Notes under the pieces: generated by a model
The model's database searches: none
The model's input: the letters and a program-made list of their open reading frames with translations, nothing else
What the model was told of the DNA's origin: nothing
Program-made: the position numbers and the translations under genes
In this document: one piece after another, positions 50,893 through 57,281 of the stretch
How positions within the stretch are numbered: the stretch's first letter is position 1
Layout: every line of letters begins with the position of its first letter
DNA from: Minisyncoccota bacterium
GTDB taxonomy: Bacteria > Patescibacteriota > Minisyncoccia > Minisyncoccales > JAQTVQ01
Direction of reading: 5' to 3'
Assembly: GCA_041652155.1 (NCBI GenBank)
Contig: JBAZHV010000001.1
Location: 1 to 57,281 of the forward strand
DNA length: 57,281 nucleotides

Positions 50893-52827
50893 CTATTTTT
50901 CCTTGTACTCCCCTTCTTCGGCGGCTGGACCTTTCTGGTCTTTATCTCCGCCTTGGTCTTGCTGTTCCGGCTGCTGCTGTCCGGGTTGAGAGCCCGGTTG
51001 CTGCTGTTGATAAGCTTGGGCGCCGATCTTTTGCAGAGACTGGGATAAATCCTGGGTTTTTGATTTCAACAAATCAATGTTATCACCGTCTTTAACTTTT
51101 TTCAATTCGTCTATCTTCTGGTTAACTTCCTGCTTTATATCAGCCGGAGCTTTGTCTCCCAGGTCTCTTAAAGTCTTTTCGGCGGTATAAAGCATATTTT
51201 CGGCCAAATTTTTGGCTTCGATCAATTCCCTTTTCTTCTGGTCCTGCGCCGCATATGTTTCAGCCTCGCGCTTCATTTTTTCGACTTCCTGCTTGTCCAG
51301 TCCGATCGATCCTTGAACCTTGATGGATTGAACTCTGCCGGTGGCTTTATCCTTGGCGGTTGTCGTTAACGTGCCGTTAGCGTCTATATCAAAAGTAACT
51401 TCTATCTGCGGTAAACCGCGCGGAGCCGGAAGAATGCCGTCAAGGATGAACTTACCCAAAGAACGATTATCGGAAGCCATCGGCCTTTCACCCTGCAGAA
51501 CGTTTATTTCCACGGATGTTTGGCTGTCGGCCGCGGTCGAGAACACTTGCGACTTGGCGGTCGGAATAGTGGTATTTTTGGATATCACGATAGTATCGAT
51601 CCCTCCCATTGTTTCGATGCCGATAGACAGAGGCAAAACATCCAGCAAAAGGACGCTCTTTATGTCTCCCTCCGGAGCGCGGCCTTCCGAACGGGCTTTT
51701 AATATCTCCGCTTCGATGGCCGCTCCCATCGCCACAACTTCTTCGGGATTGATGGATCTGTTCGGGTCTTTGCCGAAATATTCTTTGACCCTGTCCCTGA
51801 CCTGCGGTATCAAAGTTGTCCCTCCCACCAACACGATATCGTCTATCTGATCTTTGGAAACTTTCGCCTCGGCCAAGGTTTTCTCGACCCTCTCGATCGA
51901 TCTTTCGACCAAATCGCGGTTCATATTGTCAAATTGAGCTCTGGTGATCTTGATATCAAGATGTTTTGGACCATTCGCGTCGGCGGAGATGAACGGTAAG
52001 TTGATCACTGTCTCTCCGGCGGTTGAAAGCTCTATCTTGGCTTTCTCGGCCGCCTCTTTTAGCCTCTGCAAAGCCAAATTATCTTTAGTCAGATCAACCC
52101 CTTGTTCTTTCTTAAAATCTTCGATGATCATATTCATTATTCTCTGGTCGAAATCTTCTCCTCCCAAATGCGCCTCTCCGCCGGTGGATAAAACCTCCAC
52201 CGTGTCGGGAGAAACGTCAAGAACGGTGACGTCAAAAGTTCCTCCTCCAAAATCATAGACCAAAACTTTTTCCGCGTTCTTGCGGCCGAAACCGTAAGCC
52301 AAAGCGGCGGCGGTAGGTTCGTTAATGATCCTTAAAACATTGAACCCCGCGATCTCTCCGGCGGTCTGGGTTGCTTTTCTTTGGGAGTCGTCAAAATTCG
52401 CCGGGCAAGTGATGACCGCGTCCGTTATTTTCTCTCCAAGCTTTTCCTCGGCATCCATTTTTATTTTTTGCAAGATCATCGAAGATATCTCTATGGGCGT
52501 GTAATATTTATCGCCCATTTTGACCTCGACGCTTCCGTCGGATCTTTCTCTGGCCTCGTAAGGCATCCTCTTCATTTCTTTCTGAACCTCCGGATCGGAA
52601 AATTTGCGGCCGATGAATCTTTTAACGGCAAAGATCGTGTTTTGAGGATTGGCGATGGCCTGTCTTTGGGCCAAGATGCCAACCAGCCTTTCGCCGCTCT
52701 TGGTCATCGCGACATATGACGGCGTTAGTTTGGATCCTTCGCGGTTATCAAAAGCTTTAGGCTCTCCGTCCAATATGCTGGCCATTTTTGTAATGGAAGT
52801 TCCAAGATCGATTCCCATGATTTTCAT
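50893..52827 (-). CDS. dnaK: molecular chaperone DnaK (Hsp70)
   Basis: GIDLGTS, VYDFGGGTFDV, LVGGTTLIPQV and a Q/E-rich C-terminal tail. Confidence 0.95.
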   Translation of the reverse strand: MKIMGIDLGTSITKMASILDGEPKAFDNREGSKLTPSYVAMTKSGERLVGILAQRQAIANPQNTIFAVKRFIGRKFSDPEVQKEMKRMPYEARERSDGSVEVKMGDKYYTPIEISSMILQKIKMDAEEKLGEKITDAVITCPANFDDSQRKATQTAGEIAGFNVLRIINEPTAAALAYGFGRKNAEKVLVYDFGGGTFDVTVLDVSPDTVEVLSTGGEAHLGGEDFDQRIMNMIIEDFKKEQGVDLTKDNLALQRLKEAAEKAKIELSTAGETVINLPFISADANGPKHLDIKITRAQFDNMNRDLVERSIERVEKTLAEAKVSKDQIDDIVLVGGTTLIPQVRDRVKEYFGKDPNRSINPEEVVAMGAAIEAEILKARSEGRAPEGDIKSVLLLDVLPLSIGIETMGGIDTIVISKNTTIPTAKSQVFSTAADSQTSVEINVLQGERPMASDNRSLGKFILDGILPAPRGLPQIEVTFDIDANGTLTTTAKDKATGRVQSIKVQGSIGLDKQEVEKMKREAETYAAQDQKKRELIEAKNLAENMLYTAEKTLRDLGDKAPADIKQEVNQKIDELKKVKDGDNIDLLKSKTQDLSQSLQKIGAQAYQQQQPGSQPGQQQPEQQDQGGDKDQKGPAAEEGEYKEK

Positions 52828-52981
52828 AAAATTTATAAAGCCAGGAAAGCTCGATCATTCGTTTTTGGAACAGACTATCTTCTGTCGGTCCAACGAACAT
52901 ACGGCTTAGGCCGGCTTGTTAATTTATATAGTTTATATCTTACAGATCTAATTCTGTGTTATTTTTACTTGTCCTGTCTCT

Positions 52982-53025
52982 ATTATATAAATTATGGATT
53001 AGCAGTCAAGTGCCGACACTGCTAA
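52982..53025 (-). promoter_or_regulatory. dnaK promoter overlapping a CIRCE-like inverted repeat
   Basis: TTAGCAGT N11 ACTGCTAA (52999-53025). Minus-strand TTGACT (53005-53010), 17-nt spacer, TATAAT (52982-52987). Confidence 0.6.
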
Positions 53026-53084
53026 TCGAAAAAATACAGAGAAAGACCCTTATTTTTCGGGTCAAAATTTTAGAAAAGCCAAAC

Positions 53085-53117
53085 AAAAATCCGGCAAACG
53101 CCGGATTTTTGTTTTTT
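53085..53117. terminator. bidirectional terminator after the surface-protein gene
   Basis: AAAAATCCGGC AAAC GCCGGATTTTTGTTTTTT. Confidence 0.8.
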
Positions 53118-53125
53118 AAATATCT

Positions 53126-55180
53126 CTACTTGAGATTTTCTCTGTCGCGGATCTCGTTGATCTTTTGGTCTAAAAGCTTTTGGCTGCGATAAGTCCTGTT
53201 CTCCGCGCCTCTCAAAACCAACAATTTGTCCAGTTTGAAAAGCTGATTTCTGAATATGAACACGCCCAACATTGCCAATAGAACCGGGATCAACAAATAA
53301 TCCATAAGATCATCTTTCAAGCCTGTTTCGACTTCGGTGGCCGCGCCGGCAACCGCTTTTCTGTTAACGACCACTGTCGCGGAATCGATCTTGGAATTGT
53401 TATTGGCGGTAGCGGTAGCGATATTGACCAGGCTGGTCAATCCGAATAAGAAGTTGGATTCCGAGGCGACTTGAGCTTCAAAGGTGACTATCTTCGTCTG
53501 ATTTGTCGTAAGAGTCCCTATATTTATACCGTTAACTATGTCGCCGCTGATGGCATAATTGTCTACCTTGATATTTCCCAAAAGGATGATGCTTGAAGGA
53601 ATAGTGTCCTTTACTACCACATTGTTCAAAACAGTGCTGCCTGTGTTGTTAACTCTGATATAGTATTCCACTCTCTCTCCGGGATAAGCCTCCACCGAAT
53701 TTTGCCAAATGCTTTCGTTCCTGGTCAAATTGCGAACCAGCTTATCGATAGCAAACAATTGAGCGGTTGCTGCCCCCTGCACATTAACAGTGGCGGAATC
53801 TTCCTTTTGATAAACGTTGTCGGCGTAAGCGATAGCGCGATTGACGAAATAAGTCGTTGTTCCGTAATTGGCGGGAATCTGGGCTTCAAAAACAATGCTT
53901 CTGGTCTGGCCGCCGTACATCGACCCCAAATTTATTCCGCTTACGATATTGCTGGAAGAATAAGAGTTGTCGATATGCACGTTGCCGACATATGTAAGGT
54001 CTGTGGGCAAAATGTCTCTAGCTATAACATTTTGGGCGGCGCCGGTGCCGATCGATCCGATATCTATTCTGAAGCCTAATCTGTCTCCGGCGTTGGCGCT
54101 CGTTGAATCAGTCCAAGAGGTCTGGCCGGCGGTAATATTTCTAACGGTCTTGGATATGGACAAATTAGGAGATGTTGTGACGGTTCCGGACAAGCTGGCC
54201 TGGAAAACCACATGGCCTTGGCAATTTTGAACATTGCCCAAATTTATTTCCACAACTCCATAGCTTTTCTGGATCGTAACCGTCTGCGCCGCGGCACTGG
54301 AATTCGCGTACCAAAGAGCCGTATCGGCAAAAGTCAAATAAGATGACGCGTTGCTGACGGTAACGGTTGCCGGATCATTTACGGTTGTGGCGTTATCGGA
54401 CAGGAAATAAACGGTCGGCACGATATAATTTTGGGCGGCGGTGGGAAAAGTGATCCTCAATCTGCCGTTGGTCGCGGTCGAGTTCAAAGCTGTGTTCTCG
54501 TAAGAAACGTCGAATTTAACAGTGTCTCCGGCATTGGCGCTGACTGATTCGGACCAAGTCGTGTCTCCGCGGGTCAAATTGGCCGCTTTCATTTGAGTTG
54601 TGAGAACCGGGGTTTGGCTTCCTCCTCCCGAAATTTGGGAAACGGTTCCCTGAAAAACCACGAAACCGCACTGGCTCATAGTCGAATTGGTGATATTGAC
54701 CAACGCGCTATGGGTATAAGGAAAACTTACGTTCAATTGAGTCCCGGTTCCTCCTTGCGCCGGATACCAGGTAGCTTGGCTGTCGAAAGCGAAAGTAAGC
54801 AACTGGCTTGAGCTCAAGGAAACATAAGACGTGTCGGAAACGGTGTCTGCATTATCGGCTCTGGCTTGGGACTTAAAACGCAGCTGGGAATTCTGATTGC
54901 TTTCAAGATCAAGTCTGACCTGGGCATTCTGGGCTGTTGTTCCGCTTACGGTGTTGCAGTAATAAACGGAAAGCTTGACGGTATCTCCGGGATTAACGGA
55001 AGAAATGCTGTCCTGCCAAGTCGTGTCTCCGCGGGTCTTATCTACGACCTTAAGATCCGTGCTGAAGATCGGATAAACTCCGGCCAAAGCTACGTCGGCA
55101 AAAAAAGCTTGGCTCAATAAAGCAAATCCGAAAAACGCTGCGAATATCTTTTTTATGGTTTGTTTTGTCTTGCTGTTCAT
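53126..55180 (-). CDS. large surface protein with four Ig-like/DUF11-type repeats and a C-terminal TM anchor
   Basis: Signal peptide FFGFALLSQAFFADVALA. Repeats are marked by TRGDTTW..S.S.N(P/A)GDTVK and by NAGDRLGFRI / YPGERVEYYIRVNNTGS...VKDTIP. C-terminal VETG, then TM, then a charged tail. Confidence 0.7.
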   Translation of the reverse strand: MNSKTKQTIKKIFAAFFGFALLSQAFFADVALAGVYPIFSTDLKVVDKTRGDTTWQDSISSVNPGDTVKLSVYYCNTVSGTTAQNAQVRLDLESNQNSQLRFKSQARADNADTVSDTSYVSLSSSQLLTFAFDSQATWYPAQGGTGTQLNVSFPYTHSALVNITNSTMSQCGFVVFQGTVSQISGGGSQTPVLTTQMKAANLTRGDTTWSESVSANAGDTVKFDVSYENTALNSTATNGRLRITFPTAAQNYIVPTVYFLSDNATTVNDPATVTVSNASSYLTFADTALWYANSSAAAQTVTIQKSYGVVEINLGNVQNCQGHVVFQASLSGTVTTSPNLSISKTVRNITAGQTSWTDSTSANAGDRLGFRIDIGSIGTGAAQNVIARDILPTDLTYVGNVHIDNSYSSSNIVSGINLGSMYGGQTRSIVFEAQIPANYGTTTYFVNRAIAYADNVYQKEDSATVNVQGAATAQLFAIDKLVRNLTRNESIWQNSVEAYPGERVEYYIRVNNTGSTVLNNVVVKDTIPSSIILLGNIKVDNYAISGDIVNGINIGTLTTNQTKIVTFEAQVASESNFLFGLTSLVNIATATANNNSKIDSATVVVNRKAVAGAATEVETGLKDDLMDYLLIPVLLAMLGVFIFRNQLFKLDKLLVLRGAENRTYRSQKLLDQKINEIRDRENLK

Positions 55181-55287
55181 ATTTGTTTTTCGTCGAGCCC
55201 CAAAAAATCCGGAGCCCGATAGTTAATTATGATCTTTAAATTTAACGACCATCTCGCTGATCTATTGCTTATTATTTAATATTCTAT

Positions 55288-55316
55288 ATTGTACGTCTTT
55301 TCCAATATTTTGTCAA
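55288..55316 (-). promoter_or_regulatory. strong sigma-70-like promoter for the surface-protein gene
   Basis: Minus-strand TTGACA, 17-nt spacer, TACAAT. The block TTCCAAYATTT(T)GTCAAGG recurs at 56751-56769. Confidence 0.6.
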
Positions 55317-55373
55317 GGAGTTGCAAATGCGAATGTTCCCGCTCCTCAAAAACTAGACCGCTAAAAATATAAT

Positions 55374-55402
55374 AAAAAAAGGCGACACCCGTCGCCTTTT
55401 TT
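55374..55402. terminator. bidirectional terminator
   Basis: AAAAAAAGGCGAC ACCC GTCGCCTTTTTT. Confidence 0.8.
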
Positions 55403-55413
55403 ACTTTTGAGCT

Positions 55414-56517
55414 TTAGATCGGCGGCGCGACGATCGATCCTCCAACTGGAGGAACGAACGTCCCGCAATTACCTCCGGTGCAACCTGTCGGCGGAGTGAA
55501 CGTACCGCAATTCGCACCGGTACAAGTACCCACCGGAACAGTGAATGCACCGCACGTTCCTGTCGTCGCACAATTAGAGGCGAGGTTCTGGTCCACCGGG
55601 GCCGAGAACGAAGTCCCTGTATGCGATTCTTGCGCGATTGGCTGTTGCGTAGTAGCAACAGGTTGCTGAGACTGGGTTTGTGACTGCGACACGTTCACAG
55701 TCACATTCACAGTGGTCGGCGTTGCCGCAACAGTGGACTGAGACGACTGCTGAGACGAACATCTGTTGCCGTTACAACCGTAGCTGCAGGAATCTTGATA
55801 TCTCCAGGTTGTCCTGGAGTAACAAGATGAGTTCTCACACCCCCTTTCAACGTATTTGCGTTGAAGGGTGTCGCTGCCATCACACCTATAAGTTTCCTCA
55901 TAGGTGCTATTGCCACAATCTTGGACCAGCCTCCCCATGGCTCCGTTTACGTATTCGTAAACATCGCCATTGTAGCAGCGATTCTCAGTCCGCTGTTGCT
56001 GGCGAATACAGGAACCGCTTGAGCAATACTCATTGCTCGCGCAGTTTTGAGTGGCTTGCCACTTATAGCAAGCTCCCTCTAAACCGCAGGTTTGAACCTG
56101 GCTACCTACGCATTGCTTTGCACCGAATGTGCAAGCACTTATGCAGGTAAGAGTCGGGACAGGAATATATGCCTGTTTTTGGGCAGGAACGTATGCCTCT
56201 TTCTTGGCGCTGCAAGGCTTTTTATCCTCGCAGTTACCGTTTCCGCAACAGCTGACGTTGACTGGATTGTCAGCAGTGTTATCGATGGTAACCTTCCCTT
56301 TAACCGGTATAGGGTTGGCATCAGTGTTGTCCACCGTGATCTTACCTCCAACCACAACTACTTGTAGAGGGGCGTTGGTTGCGACAGGAGTTGTCGAAAC
56401 CTGATTTTTGCTATTAAGCCAAAAATAGACAACAGCACCTACCAATAAGATAATAACTATCGCAACAACTAGGCGGCCACTAAAGCTCTTCTTCTTTTCA
56501 TTTTCATTCTTTTCCAT
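55414..56517 (-). CDS. membrane-anchored Cys-rich extracellular protein
   Basis: N-terminal TM LVVAIVIILLVGAVVYFWL. Many Cys occur in repeated C..G.C / YxC contexts. C-terminal tandem CxG(A/G)NCGTF(T/V)PP repeats. Higher GC than the window average. Confidence 0.6.
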   Translation of the reverse strand: MEKNENEKKKSFSGRLVVAIVIILLVGAVVYFWLNSKNQVSTTPVATNAPLQVVVVGGKITVDNTDANPIPVKGKVTIDNTADNPVNVSCCGNGNCEDKKPCSAKKEAYVPAQKQAYIPVPTLTCISACTFGAKQCVGSQVQTCGLEGACYKWQATQNCASNEYCSSGSCIRQQQRTENRCYNGDVYEYVNGAMGRLVQDCGNSTYEETYRCDGSDTLQRKYVERGCENSSCYSRTTWRYQDSCSYGCNGNRCSSQQSSQSTVAATPTTVNVTVNVSQSQTQSQQPVATTQQPIAQESHTGTSFSAPVDQNLASNCATTGTCGAFTVPVGTCTGANCGTFTPPTGCTGGNCGTFVPPVGGSIVAPPI

Positions 56518-56738
56518 TTATTTGCAACGGACAAATTTTTAATGCCGTTGTTTTTAAAATGGTTCCATTTTTCGACGTTTTTTTGAAAACGTTGTTGTAA
56601 AAGGAACATGCCATCGAAAATTGACATTCTCGATAACAATCTTTCCGCCGCTGTCTGCCCAATGACTGAAAGGCTGTTATCGAATCTCTTTGAACGATTC
56701 CCTTTTCCCCTGTTCCTGCGCCTTTATTGTATATTTAT

Positions 56739-56766
56739 ATAATAACACATTTCCAACATTTGTCAA
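56739..56766 (-). promoter_or_regulatory. promoter for the Cys-rich protein gene
   Basis: Minus-strand TTGACA (56761-56766), 16-nt spacer, TATTAT. Implies a 5-prime UTR of about 220 nt. Confidence 0.4.
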
Positions 56767-56852
56767 GGTGAACGGGGATCCTAAGCCAAGAGGGCTGCCA
56801 ATGGTCTTCGTCTCCGTCCATATATAGGTATGCCGCAAAGATTGTAAAATTA

Positions 56853-57281
56853 TTACCGGCTTGCTTCTATAATGATCCTTTTCACTCCTGTTTCCGGCGG
56901 CCAGCATGTGCTTAAGAATAAGACGTTCTCGGAATTTGTCAACGCCTCGGAAGAAGGTTCGAGCTTGGCTCCCGGATCGACCAAAAACTGCCTGGTCACA
57001 GTGTATTTATATTCATGGTTGTCGAAATAGACCAGAATCTCATCCCCTTTCTGCAATTTATCGATATGATTGAATAACCCGTAAAAATTAACTTTGAGCC
57101 AGCCAGAGGGAGCCGTATGTCCCAAAATAATGGTCACTCCTTTTTCGGAAGGCAAAACGGAACTGGGAAAGATCAGCACTCCCTTTTCCAAAGAACTATT
57201 TATATCTTTATCGCTGCCGCTGGGACTTTGAACCAAGGGCGCGTCAACGCTGATCTTTCCTATTACCAAACTGTCTTTTTT
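56853..57281 (-). CDS. sortase (partial; N-terminus beyond the window edge)
   Basis: TIILGHTAP (catalytic His), LFLSTCWPP (catalytic Cys, TLxTC-like) and KRIIIEASR (Arg). The reading frame is open to position 57281. Confidence 0.75.
   Translation of the reverse strand, partial: KKDSLVIGKISVDAPLVQSPSGSDKDINSSLEKGVLIFPSSVLPSEKGVTIILGHTAPSGWLKVNFYGLFNHIDKLQKGDEILVYFDNHEYKYTVTRQFLVDPGAKLEPSSEALTNSENVLFLSTCWPPETGVKRIIIEASR

Noticed and set aside
53126-53330. Canonical LPXTG sortase signal at the C-terminus of the 684-aa surface protein
   Set aside because: The only candidate is VETG followed by a TM helix, and the cytoplasmic tail is about 45 aa rather than a short basic stub. It is kept only as an open question in the surface-locus finding.
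1-57281. Alternative genetic code (UGA recoding, as in some candidate phyla), CRISPR arrays, diversity-generating retroelements
   Set aside because: TGA clearly terminates conserved genes at the expected length (murC at 15457-15459, the GNAT at 20072-20074). No regularly spaced direct repeats were seen. No reverse transcriptase ORF or template/variable repeat pair was noticed, although long diverged repeats are hard to exclude by eye.

Overview
Moderately AT-rich, gene-dense bacterial window with short intergenic regions and many overlapping start/stop codons. By inference only, it looks like a reduced-genome uncultivated lineage (Patescibacteria/CPR-like). The standard genetic code is in use: TGA terminates murC and the GNAT gene. 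Most of the window is housekeeping. Translation genes are rlmN, efp, trpS, valS, class I lysRS, archaeal-type aspS, gltX, rpmA, rplI and one tRNA-Lys(UUU). Peptidoglycan/division genes are murC, a DD-carboxypeptidase, mraY, a PP-loop gene, murD, ftsW, murG and uppS. Also present are pyrG, dnaK-dnaJ behind a CIRCE-like operator, rubrerythrin, an S41 protease, and glnA preceded by a GAF-ANTAR regulator. No rRNA, CRISPR array, transposase or reverse transcriptase was seen. Ten items deserve a second look. (1) An AT-rich operon encodes a SAM methyltransferase, an N-acyl-amino-acid-synthase-like GNAT and a 7TM histidine kinase, followed by two kinase-less 7TM/coiled-coil paralogs, a third truncated copy elsewhere and an orphan receiver. 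(2) The glnA leader carries a terminator preceded by two hexaloop hairpins that fit the ANTAR target pattern. (3) All three AmmeMemoRadiSam-type components are present but dispersed. (4) There is an inositol-phospholipid module (MIPS, CDP-alcohol phosphatidyltransferase, PHP phosphatase) with a ~140-nt multi-stem element inside it. (5) A PP-loop protein sits between mraY and a GREG-type murD, a possible MurL/MurD2 route. (6) A higher-GC mini-operon of tandem paralogous acidic proteins lies behind an orphan hairpin/terminator switch. (7) Two tandem Trp-rich secreted small proteins are present. (8) A tyrosine recombinase lies next to a gene remnant, a perfect 33-nt AT palindrome and a 1-kb cassette bracketed by inverted 9-mers. 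(9) Two ORF-free structured regions are candidate ncRNAs. (10) A surface-protein/Cys-rich-protein/sortase locus has a shared promoter block. All product calls rest on motif recognition by eye. No HMM, BLAST or folding computation was possible.
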